A stretch of DNA of 64,000 bases from Tubulanus polymorphus (lineage: Eukaryota > Animalia > Nemertea): assembly GCF_964204645.1 (NCBI RefSeq), contig NC_134025.1, positions 1,550,001 to 1,614,000 of the forward strand. Reading direction: 5' to 3'. Positions 14,355 to 29,417 of this stretch are shown piece after piece. Position 1 is the first letter of the stretch, and every line of letters begins with the position of its first letter. Below the pieces are notes generated by a model. It saw only the letters and a program-made list of their open reading frames with translations. It was not told the DNA's origin and did not search any database. The position numbers were made by a program, and so were the translations under genes.

Positions 14355-16424
14355 TATTAAATATCAGATTAATGTCTTTAGTCGAATAAAGTCGGGAGCT
14401 TCACGATGATATTTTTGCCAACAAAGGAGATAAACATCGTGTAAACGCATATAAATGAATGTTTATTTTTATGTATTGGTGACAGTTTTTCTTAGTTTCC
14501 GACATTACATACCAGAGAAAACCCGACTCACCAAAACTCTCAGAGACTGATAAACTTCGCCTTATTTTAAACGAACATATGTTATTTCAATCAGAAGGCG
14601 ACAAAATGTCAACGAGACTGAATGTCCCGCCGGCCTCGGAGACCAGCGTTATTGACTGCAATTTCTAATTCAATTGAGATTTGCTTTAGCTGTCAACTGA
14701 GTTTGTTTATTGCACGAAAACAAACAAAAAACGTATATTCAATATTGACAAATAGTTCTTTAGTGGATTGACACACGCTGTGACTTTTTGGTTTTTGTGA
14801 AATGATGTCTGCTATAGGCCACTTGATGGCTCCGTTCGGCTGTCGACTAAAGACAAACACTTCACGTCAAGTGCCTGCCTGAAAAGGCCATCAAATACAG
14901 TATTACCGATCATTTATAAAGACATATCAATCATTAAATTTATCAAAAGACGTTAGTAATTGATGTAATAAACCAGTGGCACTAACGTGTTCCACATTCC
15001 ATTTTTGTCTGATAATATATACATATATTTCTATTGGTTCAGGGGCCGATTCGTTGCGGTGAACGGTAATTGCACTTTCCCACAGTTCCCACATTGAATA
15101 TATGTGAAATAAAGTGAAATATTGAAATGATTTGAAAAAGAAAACTGATAGCCCCGTTAGGAAACTGCCGAAACTTTGTGGTGTTGATAAACATTGGCAA
15201 CTTCAGATTTTAATTTTGAGGTTACATTATAGAAATTCCAAACAACCATGGAAAATGAAGTCTGAAAAGATTCCATAGTATGTCCAATGTTTCGACTATA
15301 TCCTTATAGTCATCAATTCAGGAATACCGGTATACTGAAGGAATATTGAATTGAAGTATATATTAGTGAAGATGTCTAGGATGTAGTCGAAATGTTTCAT
15401 CAATGGTTTCATTTTATGTCCTGTTGAGCGCTGGGTTCTTGAGACTGGAACCTGCTCTATCGACTGTATATCGATACTGATTACTGGATAGAGATATAGA
15501 CAGAGGAGGAATGAGGCAGGTTTTTCAATGTCCATATGTTCCTCCTCAATTTAGACGTCTATTTGACAACACGCGACAAAGGTTGAAGTGCTCGGCGCGG
15601 TCAGACCCCACGGTGCTGACATACCCGACCCTCTGGCGACTAACCTTCAAATATGAATGCTTTTTAAGCAAATAGATATCCATTTAGCTAATATTAAGTC
15701 AACATCGATAAGATATGGCTTTATTGAAAGCCAGATTGGAGCATAATTCGTCATCGAAACGCATTGAAATCAATTCAGAGCGTAATTGAAGTAAATGGCC
15801 CTAATCGATACGTGCATTGATTGTGTTAATTGAAATTGAATCAACATGTGTTATTTATCGCAATATTCCCGACAATTTTACAGTTTTGCGTGAGTTCATA
15901 ATCATCTGCAGTAGCTAGCTAATCGGAGCCACTTAATGTCGTTTCGCCGTTCCTCTAAAAGCCTTTATATTCGCTGTATCAGTATTAACAATGTAAAAAA
16001 AATAATAGAATTTGTTTCTCTTTTTTTCTATGAAGTAGACATTTATTTAATCGGATGCCGTGTCTATGTAGATCATTGCTCTGTAGGTTCCATGGGAAGT
16101 TAAAGCCAATCAAAACATTTATAACCTAAAATTATTCCTGGCGTGAGGAAGTGATCAACTAGATTCGTGTTTTTAAACATTCGCCAATCATAGCCCAATT
16201 AGGCGAACAAAAATCAACGGGATGGGTTTTCAATTCCGTCATTCCAGTACCGACTTCCGGAGAATGCCGAGTCGATGTTTTCCGACACGCGAGCGACACT
16301 TCCGGGCACGTGGTGAGGCTGTTATTGTAGAAAGAGTTTCGTGTTTCTTTAATAAATCAAGACAAGATTCAGAAAAATATATTTTGATGAAAATGATTTG
16401 ACTTAACACCAACCTGTATAACCA

Positions 16425-16480
16425 CTGGCCGGTTCTACTGGTTAGCGTGCGAGACCCGGGTTCGATACCCAGCGAGAGCG
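16425..16480 (+). mobile_element. tRNA-derived (SINE-like) fragment
   Basis: tggttagcg ... gacccgggttcgatacccag: T-arm/B box present, anticodon arm missing. Confidence 0.45.
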
Positions 16481-16688
16481 TTTAATTCCACTGCCACTTC
16501 CTAGTCGTTATATTAATGATGAGATTCGTGGCCCTCGAATTATCCAGAGATAAAAACAGAAAATTGTAACAGATAAAATTTAGCATGATTCATTTTATTA
16601 GAAATGACCCATGTAAATAATCAATATAGTTTCATATCTATGTACAGTATATTCTGGCTATTGCGTTATGATGTGAATGTTGAAGGAT

Positions 16689-19372
16689 CTAATCGCATCC
16701 CACATCAATATCGTCCACATCGGAACTGTGACCTTCGTCTTCTGACGTCATACCCTCGTCTGTCGGGGAGGCTAAGTCACGTGATTCGCTTGAGCCGTCC
16801 GGTGATTCTTGTTTCAGTCGGCGCCATTTTGCGCGTCTATTCTGAAACCAAGTTTTCACCTGAAAAAATAGAAATGATCAAAGTGGTAACTGGGTTTTCT
16901 TTCCTCTCCTTTATAATTTCTTTTTTTAACTATAAGGACTGTTTTCATTCGTACACAGACTAACTTTTGCAGTCCTTAATATAATACTACAGTGAACCCT
17001 CGTTACAACGAGCTTCATGGATCAGACAATGTGTTATAACCGATAGAGCTCGTTATATCCAGTATGAAGTTGTTGAAATTCTAGGTTTGTAACAAGCGGT
17101 AAATCGTTATATCCGAGTTCGTTAATAGCGTCTACTGTGATACATCTTTGAGTATGGTACACTTATATTATTGTGTGTTCGTCCATTCATTCATTTTGTA
17201 AAAATTTCATATGAAAATAAAATCGTATCAAATCATCCGTTGATTTTTTGTTGTGTTTGTTGTATTTACCTGTCTCTCTGATAGCTGTAAAGATTTGGCT
17301 AATTTCTTGCGCTCCGGAGGCGACAGATATTTTTGGGTGTCGAATTTCTTCTCTAAATCAGCAGTTTGTTCATTTGAGAAGCGAACTTGTCCTCCTTTTC
17401 TTTTATGAACGGGGCGATGCAAATATGGACTCCAATACCACGGCTTGAGCATAGCATCTGCTGAAATTTCAAAAACATTTTAACATAAGTTATTGATGTT
17501 TGAATGGTCTTTCCCTTTGACAGCTAATAGACGTTTAATTGCCATCAATTGTACGGTCACAAATATTTAAAAGTCATTTTGAATTTGTTTATAAATATGA
17601 ACGGACTGTGGGACCGCCCCATCGGTCATATTCAACTATCATAGCACAATGAACGGATTAGAAGGTGTTGAAATTTAATCGCCATTCTGCTGATTTTGAA
17701 GTCAAATTCGATCCGTAGACAAACTGAACGGTCAGATAAACAACCACTCAAGCAGACTCTGTCATTGTAAAGCCGTGTCCAATAGATTGCTGGACAATAG
17801 ATTCGCATTGGGTCATTAGCCTAGTGGATAGACCATTATCACAAACATATGGGTGATTTTACTGATAAAAGAAAGTGAAACCTTGGTTACATGAAACCAT
17901 TAAGTCCAATTAGCATAATCAGTTGACTTTGAGATAGTATACCGTTAATTCTTTGTATATTCAACTTATCATCAAACTTCATTTAGTTAATCGTTTTGTG
18001 ATGATAATATAGAAATTCTCACACTCAGATATAATGTATTGTCGAAACGTCGAAAACATTTTCGGACTCAATTCTTCTTTCTAGTTCTATATATTATCAC
18101 GGAATTAATTTGATAAATGACCTGAAGCTATTTACCTTTATACAAGTGATGATGATATCTTTGAGGATAAAACGGCGAATGATGAGTCGTGAATTCAGCA
18201 GCGGATTGTTGCGGTTGATGATGTAAGAAGATGTTATGAGGTGGAAGATGTTGCTGGTGATGGTGATGCTGATGATGATGAGGAGAATGATGAATTGATG
18301 ACGGTTGGTTCACGTATGAACTCATATAAGTCGGTACGTATGGACTGGATAGATTCGTCTCGAAATCAACAGGAATCGTCGATGACTGAGGAGAAGACAT
18401 CTGAAAATGTTAAATAGAAATCAAGTCATAACCGCTTTTCTTCCCTCTGATGCCAGTGCATACCCGGAGAAGTTTGATTCCAGCACCTAGCTCGATAACA
18501 ATAGCCGAATCAAATTATTTAAATGTAATTGCTCCCATTCAAGTGTGATGGGTAACCAACCATCTCAACGTTTCTAAAAATCTATAAATGTAGGAATTAG
18601 GGACCGGTCACTCAAAAGTTAGTTAATTTCAACCATAGACGTTAAGCTAAAAGACTGGTTGAAATCACTAACGTGGAATTGGTACGTGAATTAGAGACAT
18701 CCGACTCGTAAGGATTTAGTCAACTTTCGAGCAATTTAAGAATATTTTATTTACCTGATGAGGTGTGGGTCGATGTACCGCTGCTGTTGCTGCTGCTGCT
18801 GATGGTGGTGGTAGATGATGTATTACTGCTCCTGGTGGTGGAGGAGATGCTCTCTGATATTCTAAAACATCCAATCTCGGATCTGATTGATAACACGGAG
18901 GAGATGTTGGTGATAATTTAACAGTCTGTTGTTGCTGTTGATGATGAGTATTGTAACCAGTAAAGTTAATATTCTCGTCGCAATGACGTCTTTGAAAACC
19001 GTCGATATTCGCGAAGTATTTATTATTACAACCGCAGTTTGTTTCATGTTTATCTGACTTATCCGCGTTTCGTTGAGAACTGATATTGATGTCGGGTTTT
19101 ACAACATCAGTCGATGTTTCTAGGCGCTCTGGATGATTGTACACGTAACCACCGAATTGTTGCTGCTGCGATGTCGTGAAGTTGACCTCGTTTACTCGCG
19201 TCGGGTTTAGTTTATTGTTTTTTCGACCGAGAATGTCATCGATAAGAAATGACGGTTTCTTGCTGCCGCTGCTGTTGTTGTTGTTGTTGGGGTTTGACGG
19301 GTTTGTTGTTGGTTTTGAAGGAATCTGAGCTACGGGACGCAACATCGTGACTTCCGCGCACGTGACACCCAT
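16689..19372 (-). CDS. HHEX: Hhex/PRH homeobox transcription factor (~414 aa, 4 exons)
   Basis: Exons 19372-18755, 18400-18136, 17460-17270, 16859-16689 join in frame (1245 nt). eh1 motif SFLIDDILG; homeodomain KRKGGQVRFSNEQTADLEKKFDTQKYLSPPERKKLAKSLQLSERQ|VKTWFQNRRAKWRRLKQE; acidic tail. Confidence 0.96.
16990..17137. mobile_element. Tc1/mariner-type MITE remnant in Hhex intron 3
   Basis: ta|cagtgaaccctcgttacaacg left end, repeated (t)cgttata motifs, degenerate ...tctactg right end. Confidence 0.5.
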
Positions 19373-22300
19373 CAGACAGACGACTGAAATTAGACCGAAA
19401 TAACAAAACCGTTAAATTCAAAAATAAACAGATATAATGTGGGAAACTATACTCCGCTTGTGTTTAGCTCTTTATTTTATAATAATGATTGAAATAATTT
19501 TCTACTTAAAAGCGCTTTTCATTATAAAAATCTCGAAACTCTAGAGAAAGATTTAGAAATTTCGAAGTTTCTCTGAAAAAAACTGCCGCTTTGAAATGAT
19601 GAAAATATTTGAATAATGCGGATTTCATTTGATAGACTTTTCTTCAAGAGGCGAGATGCCCGAGTCGGAAAAACACCGTGCGCAATATATAGTAGAATGG
19701 AAAACACTATTTCAGTTCCGAAATAACCTTAAGATGGGCTTTACATGTGTATGCTAAAGCTTGGCTCCCCTCGACGCCAAAAAAAATTTTGTCCTGTTCG
19801 AAGAGAAAATGAGGTTTGCTGCGTCTCGATTCAAATCGAAATTTATTAGAAAATATAAGCATTAATCATTTATCGACGACAGAAGTTATAAATTGAATTT
19901 ATCAACAGCAGAATCGCATTTTAATCGCTTTTAATAAGGTTATAATTCGAATGAATGTTCAATAAATCATGACCAGTGCGACAGTTGTTTGATAAGACGA
20001 AGACAAACTGGAGCCAAACGTGGAGACAAGATAGCTCAACTCGAAATGACTACAATCAAATACCGCTATTGACAAATTTGTCTTAGATAACGCAATTATT
20101 TTGATTATGGAAATAATTGTATCAGATGACGGTGAGTACAGTTGAGTGCTATGTGAGTTGTCATGGCAAAATAAGCTTCATTCAAACTATATATAAAAGT
20201 CTTTAAAACATTATTTCAAACTTCGTTGAAAATTTGGAAACATTTTTACACTATCCTTTAAGAATATACGTATAAAATCCATTATATTAAAATTCAAGAA
20301 TTTAAGAATCTAGAAGCAAAATCTTTTTTAAAACACGGTTATCATTTTTCCAAAATATTATCCTGTTTTCAAGTGAGATTTTTCCGGGAATTTTGAGCGT
20401 GAATTCTTTATTTACTTCTATCATGATATCTAAAAGAGTCCGGGAATGATTAGGTTATTAAATGCAGAAAATCGTATCTTCATCAATTATTTACGGGCGA
20501 AATATGAACCGAAAACTTAATTTGTATTACACACGTTATTTGATTCACTTTACATGATCTGTATATGCGATTGATATATCAACAACTACTTATTTCGGTA
20601 ATTCATACATCATGTGCGCTGAATATTGCGGTTCAATTCCTATTCGACGATCCCTCGAGTTTTAATAAAGAAAACATACTTCGTGGAACAACCATTGATG
20701 AAACAATTTGAGTTACGAAAATATATGAAAACTGTAAGTATGAATGAATTAGTGGGAAATGTTTCCTCGAGCTAGTAGTTTATTCGACGTATCAATTTTA
20801 CGAAAGTCATCTTCAGTGGGATTCTTTACAGACTTGATGGAATAATCTCTTTGATCTTATAAAGTATAAAATTTAAATGTTCCTGATATAATGTCTTCAT
20901 AAGTTTGCTTAGTGATTGAATTACTGATTCACGTGAGGTGTTTAATTACCTGTTAATTGCTCGGATTTATTTAGTATTTGTGTTGATTTAGGTAAATAAA
21001 ACGATTGAGCGCGGCGCTAAAAGGCCCGTAATCAATTACACTTAGAATAACAGTTCAACAAATATCAATTAACGGAAACTGAAAATAAAAACATTATTTT
21101 CTCGTCGTAAGAAGCCGAAACTCAGGATCCAGTTAAACAGTTCCCACTAGAGATTCTTCGGTTGGAAATAAACTAGTTTAAATCATGAGTCAAACCAAAG
21201 CCGCGATCGCACGAAGAGAAAATGGACCGAGTCGTACGGACCAGGTCGTCCGGACCAGGCCTGCACCCTATTTCGGTACCAGTGTGAATGGTTGGCCCGG
21301 TCATATCACTGTTTTATCCCACAATGAATTTTGATTACCTGCAATCTCAAATTCCAAAAATTGTTAGTTGATTAGTTGGATGTTTTACCGCTGTTTCTCT
21401 CCACATTTTCCATTGAAATTCTCCACACTAATTTTACAATAATTAATTCGAATCTGTTATATCTCAATCAAATTCAAATTTTAAAATGTTTAAATTTTCG
21501 CATTGCGTCAAATAATACAATTCTAGGTTTTGAATTCCGCTGGCAATCCTATAATTGTATTATTGTGAATTTTTTCTCTTTTCTTTTTTCTAATTTTGAT
21601 CTAAGATTGTCGAATAAACTCAACTAAACTCAACTAGCGAATGTTCTCACAATAAAAATGCCGTCTATTGTATTTCAGTAAGGATTACCTTCTAAGCCAC
21701 TCAAAGCCTGTGTTCTTACAAGTAACCTATAACGCTTAAAAGATCTCGTCAGTTATACCATAAAAAGTTGGAATGAAGTTTTTCATCTTTTTCCAAAGGT
21801 TTTCACGCATATTTCATCAAGAAACTGAATTTCATTAAGAATCAATAAGGGAACGCCGCTGTGATTTCAAAATTTACATCTCAGTAATATGAAGATTACT
21901 TACCTGTGAAATGATTATTGAATTCTTGATAAATGAGTTGTCAGTATTGAGAATGTTGCTGTGATATATCCCGTGGGTTGAATATAGTATAAATGTCAGT
22001 CTCGTGTTTCAGTGTAGTTCGTTTTTATAAGTTATTTCCTCGGCGTTATCTTACTGTATCACGCTTCCTATATCCTATCTATAACAGGTTGTATTAGTTC
22101 TAATCACATCCTACCACAGTCCTAATTGAGCCATTAATACCGGGGGCGGAGCATTTACATATTTTAGGGCTTGATATTTACTTACGATAACCACTACTCG
22201 TGATTGGTTCAATCTGAAATCGCGCATGTGACGTATTATCAAAGTGGTCTTTGTTTTCTTTCCGATCGCACCAAATAACGGACTTCTTTTGAAATCTACT

Positions 22301-23674
22301 AGATATACGATCAAATTAACTGTAGATTGTCGAAAATAGAAATTCGAGTTCGACAAGAAATACTTTGTGTGGAGTTTAGAAAATATGTTTTTGGAAAATA
22401 ATGAAAATATTTTTCTCTGGTTTGAAATAAAGTTTTGGGCACTCAGATGAGAATGGTAACGTCACTTATCATTTACGCAAAATCTCGCACTAAGAAAAAA
22501 AAGACCGAAATCTTTATTAACGGTTTACCTTTCGACAATATCCTAATAATCATCTTCAGGAATATCATTAGATTAAAATCAAAACGTTGAAATTGTAAAT
22601 TAACACGAGGAAACATACAGGACACAGTTTTCTGTCGCGGTGCGGGATTTTATATCATCTTTACAACATGGATTTGAATTGTTTCATCAATGGCGAATAT
22701 CAGCAGATTTTTAGAATTGTTTTGGTTGGAGTTTCATCAGTAATTCTCGTGTGAGAACTGCACTGTTGCACCACGATGAATGTGTCCATACTCCAGTACA
22801 ACGGAACCTCAGTCTTCAGGGTCGCCATATATTTTTATCATTCGAAGTAATAAAGTGGAATATTCTGTGTAGATTCATACAACGGAAGCTGCTGCTTAAA
22901 GAATTGTCGTAGACAAATAAACTGATAAACTATAGACAGTTATTCATAATAGTTGAAGGGTTTTTTTATATAACAGTCATTCAAATAGCGGCCGCCAGTG
23001 TTGAATGCATTGTAACCGCAGCACAATACGTAAATGTTTACCAATAGCGCCAGTAAATCCCGGTTATGTAAAACTATCTGATGACAGTTTAGAATTTCTA
23101 ATTGGACACTAATTGAAAGCTACCGATCGGGATTTGAAGCAGTTGTGAAATGTCGCCGCCTTATATTTACATACTTCAGTTGACACGCAAATAATGACGC
23201 AAAAACATGGCCGAATAACGTCTATAGCTGGCGCGAGTTAGACTGTCATCGTGACCTAATGCTCTTTACACGTTTATTTACCAGTTATACCAAAATAGAG
23301 ACCAATTGCTCGAGTCAATTAGATGTCAAGTTAGAAATAATCCCTACTTTTCATTTTGGGACTTCGTATATTGTTTCATATAGGCCCATCGCTTAAATAC
23401 ATCGCGACTTATCGTTACTGCTGCCAGAAATTCGATCTCACGTTTTATCTGAGTTTTCAAGAATCCAGTTTTCAAGTTGCCTACGCTTAACGTGTTCAGT
23501 GGTATTCTCGCTCCCTGTGACCTGATGCCGAATCTCGAACCGTTACAGAAAATATAGACTTTATATCATCATTGAAAATTGTGCATTATTTACTCAAATC
23601 GAATGCAAACATTCTGATCTGTAAAACTATTTCGTATACAGAATTCACGCCTAGAATATAAACATATAAAACAT

Positions 23675-23811
23675 GATTGTCCCCAGTTCAAGACTGATCT
23701 CCTATAGATGATATGTTCGCTATCTATTAGAATTTTGCTGAACTGACGAATTCCTGAACATTGATTACGAAAAAGTTCGTCAATGGCTCATGATTCCAAA
23801 CGCGCCATCTA
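23675..23811 (+). repeat. Dispersed repeat copy 2 (see 14213-14354)
   Basis: Colinear similarity with 14213-14354. Confidence 0.65.
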
Positions 23812-25380
23812 TGAAAGTATAGAATAAATGTAGAATAAACCGGTATCCGAGGTTCGAATCCGGTGATTTATGAGATACAGCCGCCGAATAAAGGATCTAG
23901 GTTAGATAACAGTAATTACTAATACTGATTCTTCTGATGCAGCATACATGGTTGTCCTAATTTCGATATTTTTTTATATTGATTCATCGAGGTCCCGATG
24001 AAACGTCATCCAAAGTACATTATGTAATTCATAATTTTAGAAAATCGAAGTTCATTGAGAAGTCAGGAAATTTATCATGTTCAATGTAGACATGAACGTG
24101 TGGGAACACAACACCATCGTGTCACACAGACCGATTCTGTCTATATTTGCTACTAGGTGCCGGGGATCGAGACACTACTATGGACTAACGCCCTCGATCC
24201 ATTCACAAACCACTGTCAAAAGCCATTCCACGACGAACTGCCAAAAGACGCGAGATGTTTGCTATCTTGAATCTCAACAATCTTGACTTCAGATGCATCC
24301 TATAGATTCATCGCTCGATGATTCTGAATAATTGACCAAACACTCAGCGGCCGATTAAATATGTAACTAGATACTAACATTCACTCAACCAATTTCCTGA
24401 ACTAGATTTTACACCTATTTTCATTAAGTGAATACTAAAGAGGGCCACAATCATTACCATTACATTTCCTGAAAGCTAGCAAACTATCTGTAGTAATAAA
24501 ACCAACGGATTGGTTGCTTTTATCGCTTCCTTCAGGGTCCTTACAGCCATTCTTGGATACATGGAGTTGGAGAAAATTTCAATTTCGAGGAAGCGTCTGC
24601 ATCACTTTCATGTCCGAATTACTGTAGACTCTCCTATATCGGTACGGTTGATCTCAAAAACCATTAATTCGGTGCTTTTTAAGCAAACTTTTTATCTTTA
24701 ACACTAACTATACTCGGTTTCTAATTTGGTAAAAAAGAAACATGGTCCCAACTGTAGGCTACTAATTGGCATAGTTTACTGTACAACTACAAACTAAAGA
24801 CAAAGACAAAGACAAATTTCTAATTGCCCATTTCTCAAAATTGAAGGAATTTCGGGCATTTTGCTCAAATTAATGGACCTTTAAAATCATTTTCCGTTTT
24901 CTATGAAGTCTATACCCTCCGAAATTGATCTTATTTTAAATCAAGTGGAAGAAGAAACAAATACTACACAATAACGATGGACTTTTTTTTATAAACCATT
25001 TTATTTTTTTTATAGAAAAACGGCCTACAATACATTAGTAGACTAGACACAAAAATCATTGTTTTCTTTTATGTACAAATAGACCGACTTTGAACGTTGA
25101 TGGGGGAATATTATCAATTTCTATATGATTCACAGTTCTTTTCTAACAACAATTTAAATCATTGATTTAAACGATGATTCTAACAGATCAGGGAACCCTC
25201 AGATATCTTCAGTATTTATTTCTTCTCAAGAGGTTCCTCATCACCAGCACGAAGAACATGACACCAGAAATTCAAATGTCCTGACTTTTGAATCAGAATT
25301 TCCTGATTTAAAATCTGGATTTCTCTGATCTGTAAGAGGCATTATATACTGAAAACACTTGCGTTATGAAACATCTAAAT

Positions 25381-28111
25381 TCATTCGACATCTTCAGGTC
25401 GTAACATTCCCGGTTGTTGAGGTAAAGACCGTTTCCTCCTCTTTCGACCGGTTGCCTTTGCTTGTTCTAAAGCTTCTTGTTTCATGTGTTGTTTTTTCTT
25501 GATTAATTCCTGATGTTGAATATAAACGTCTTTATAAACGAGTTCGATGTCCTCGTCTTGAATATCTGCGCGATAGTTTTTCATCAGATCGTATTTTTGC
25601 CACGGTTCCGCGAGCTCTTCAGCTCGATCGATTAGTTTTTGTTTGATTTCAGGTAATTGGGCGTTTTGAAGATCAGCCCTTTCCCATCGTTGGTGCCAAG
25701 GGCGCGGATTCAAAGGTACCTGAAATCATATTTTACAGAATTTATTAGGTAAATTTGCTGTAATTCATCTAAAAAACATATCATACATAGATTTGAAATC
25801 ATCTTTTACTTCTTTTTATTAACGTTTTAAGCCGAAATTGAATTTTAAATGAGGGCTGTGGAACTGGAATGATCCTGCAGTTCTTCCTCAGTGTCGGTAT
25901 CATTGTCATGACTTAGACTTAAAGTAAAGAATCCTAGACTTAGTTCAATGGCTAACAACTTAAGACCATACTTAACATCCAAAACCTCTTTTGGTTTTAG
26001 GTCTTGAGAATGGAACCTGACGCTGGTATTAAAAATTATTCGAATAACTTTCTTACCTTTTCAGTAAATACAGGTACAGGGGCGCCTTTCTGATGTGGAA
26101 TAGGTTCCATATCGAATGGTATAGTGCTGTATTCCGGGGGACAATCTCGCAGATAAAACAACGAATCGTCTAAACGCTTCTCCAGCTTTAACAATTCGAT
26201 CTTCTGCACAGTCGGATTATACAATTCATACAGAATCTCAACACCTGAATCAAAAACAACCATTCTATCAAAAACACGCTTCTTACGATTCTAATAAAGT
26301 CACATCGTCGTTTCTTACCTAAACCATCGACTATATTTCGTAGTAAGAAGTTACTTCGTAGGCCCCATCCTCCTCTCTCGATGCATAAACCAACAAATCG
26401 ATTCTTCTTTCCGGGAGCGTATGGGTCGGATACCGTCACCGCTAAAATACTGCCTGAAATTGATCGTTACATTTTAGAACAAATACACGGTCAATAGCAT
26501 TATCCACATGGTTCCTACAGAACCATTGATATGAAATTTGAGGGGTATTTGAGGGGCTTTTGAGGGTATGATCACCAAATTTGAGGGTCATTTTTCACGA
26601 TGAAAACATAAACAGTACCAGTAGAATACTTGGCATACTTATCAGCCCATACCAAGCAGAATACATTTAGGCAAATTTAACTATATTCGGTACTAAACTC
26701 AATTTCCTGTTGACTTTGTTTTGAGTGAAAGAACTTATCTAGGGTGGGAGGCCAATCGTGACTGAATTTGGATTCCAAATATCCTGAGTTTCCTGGCCAC
26801 CCTGGATTTTACGCAGAGAAAAAGTAATTAAAATCATCATCAAGAGAGTTTAGTGAGTGTAAATTTGAAACTGACCGACGTAGAATTCTGGGATATCAAT
26901 GACAGCTCTACGGCGCATCATGTCGCGTCGTTCTAGTTTCTCAGTAATTCGATCTCTCATCCACCACGAGGCATTCGGTAAAAACTCAGGATGTGAATTC
27001 CTAAAATTCAAACATGGTATTAATTATACATAAAATACAAGCTGCTGAATGAATGAGTCATCATCAGCGGAATGATTCAGCTGAACTGACCGGAATTCTC
27101 GAGGAATTTCTACTTTAGCAAATTCGTTCGGATCTGGTTGTTCTTTTGTCGAGGATATTTCAGATTTTCGATGTTGTTCAACGAGTGAATGAGGTAAAGT
27201 ACGACTATAACGAACGTGAACCACTGAAAACATTCAATACAATATAATAATAACACGATCCAGGAGAGAGTGAGCGTGAAGTGAGTGGTGTTTTTAAATC
27301 AATCTACAGATTTTTCCAATTTCATAAAAAAGATTTAGTCGAAGATTCAAAAGGATTAACTCAACATGAACTGAACAAATTGGCTTAAATGGGACCAGCA
27401 AATATAAACTCAACGTGAACTGAACTCAAGATCAACTGGTTTTATAGAAAGGTTCACATTTTTGGTATACTGGGATTTGAAATCTGAAATTTAGATTATC
27501 ATACCACAATTTGGGTAAGAATTCTCTTTAGTCTTAGAACATTAAGAAAGAACAATGGCTGAATAATTCTCAGAATTCTCTGATTAGGGACTCAGGGTGA
27601 TCAGTAAAAACGAATGACACTGGGCCAACGGGTATGAAATTGAAATCACTCTCATACCTGTTGGCCCTAATCTAATATTCATTTGAAAAGATGCCACTGG
27701 GCTGTGGGCACTGCCAGCTTTTACTTTAAGGCTATAGGGCCAATTTAGAATTTTCGTATCTAGTCGACTAAACCGAGTGTGCTTAATTTTTGAACTATTT
27801 CCGGCCTATAGTTCCAACTAACTGACATTCGGTTTCACTTAGTTCGACTATAGTCGACTAACTACGATAACCGAAGTTGGCCCAGGTTGTAACGCCGGTT
27901 GTCGAGCGCAAGAACCCGGAAGTGATGATTGTAAATGAAACTATTCGTCGCTTATTTTACATGTAATTGAGAATTCAAGTCAGATTTTACAACACAACAT
28001 TACAGAATCCTTTCAAGGCAAGTAACACTACAATCGACGATCAATATGCTTACAATTAGGAGAAAATTGTGACAATTTCCCAAAAACTCGCAAAACCGCG
28101 GAGGCCGCCAT
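25381..28111 (-). CDS. MRPL19: Mitochondrial ribosomal protein bL19m (325 aa, 6 exons)
   Basis: Exons 28111-28054, 27223-27091, 27000-26876, 26453-26319, 26244-26057, 25719-25381 (978 nt, in frame). Transit-peptide-like start MAASAVLRVFGK; motifs IPEFYVGSILAVT, RFVGLCI, GVEILYELYNP, LFYLRD, PRPWHQRWE. Confidence 0.95.
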
Positions 28112-29161
28112 GTTTATAATTGAGAACCGGCGAACGAAACAGTAACTGTAGAGAGAGCGAATTGAATGGAACTTTCTGTTGTTGAATAGGATAAAGTTTA
28201 TACTTTATACCTACAGATTATCAATTTCATTGGAATCCAAATATAGCTATGAAACATTTCTAAATAATGATTATTTCTAATTGATCGGTTCGGGCCCGCG
28301 GTTTGATAGACTGGTTGCCGGTCCACTGCGAATGCAGGTGGCGCAGAATTGGACAGCCGACCAGTCTAGCGGTTTGAGAGCGCTGCCACGATATGGATGT
28401 TCTCGGAGCTACCCATTTCTCCGGCGGGGCGTTCCCTAATCAATTCAATTCAACATCTGCAGAGTTTCCAGAACCTGTCATGCCAGGGCCTCAAGACCTG
28501 ACAATTCAATTAATTCTTTATGACATGACAGGTGGGACCTCAGGTGACAGGTTGATTCGCTAAAATGAAAATCGTTATGACTGAAACGATGATAGGCGAT
28601 TAGAAGACATGATAGGCACGGATTTAGAACACATGATAGCCGATGAGAACACAAAGAACATATCGTAGTGCTTTCTGAATATATCATTCAAAAACAGGGC
28701 GGTGCAACCAGGATAATCTAAGCTCATCTTGCTTTTGGCATCTTCGAATGTGTTCTTCAAATTTATGAAACTTTTCGGGTTGAATTCTACAGACGCCCCT
28801 CTCCATCTCCTCTCCCCTATTGAATTCATCAGAATGCGTCACTTATTTTATATCATATCACATTATTTACCATCAAACAAGGCCTCAGGCAGCCACATTA
28901 ATCAATCTTTTTGTCGTTGGAACTACTTTTTGTTCAGAACAATATGCGCCTACACGCCGTGCTTCACGTGCGCGCCACAAGACTCGCTGCGATGTAATCT
29001 GTGCGTGTACTGTATATGAAAAGCGTGCCTCATGTGGTGGCCTGGTTAAAAGTTTTCCAGGAAACTGCATCCGATTCAACTGCAAGGTTTTGTAAATGAT
29101 TCACGGACCGGCCGTGAAAGCAGTGAATTTAATAGAAGGGCAGTGAAATGGGGGGGGGGGG

Positions 29162-29417
29162 GTGTTATTAAAACTATGCACTACTAAAACTAAGAACTAT
29201 GCACTTAGAGGTGTAAGAACTATGCATGACTAAAACGAAGTCCGATGAGCTATTGCACTCATTAGAAATCATCACTAGGAATGCTATCTATGTATTCAAC
29301 CATCTCTGCTAATTAGTGTAGGCAATTATACAAACAAATGCATGTGAAACGTAAATTGGTCGGTTTTCTCTGGTGCATATAGTCTTTTTATTTAGTAGTG
29401 CTTCGTTTTAGTAACAC
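29162..29417. mobile_element. Nested MITE-like element
   Basis: gtgttattaaaactatgcactactaaa / tttagtagtgcttcgttttagtaacac inverted ends; internal actatgca repeats. Confidence 0.6.

Noticed and set aside
16425-16480. Possible tRNA gene
   Set aside because: No complete cloverleaf; anticodon arm and acceptor pairing are missing.
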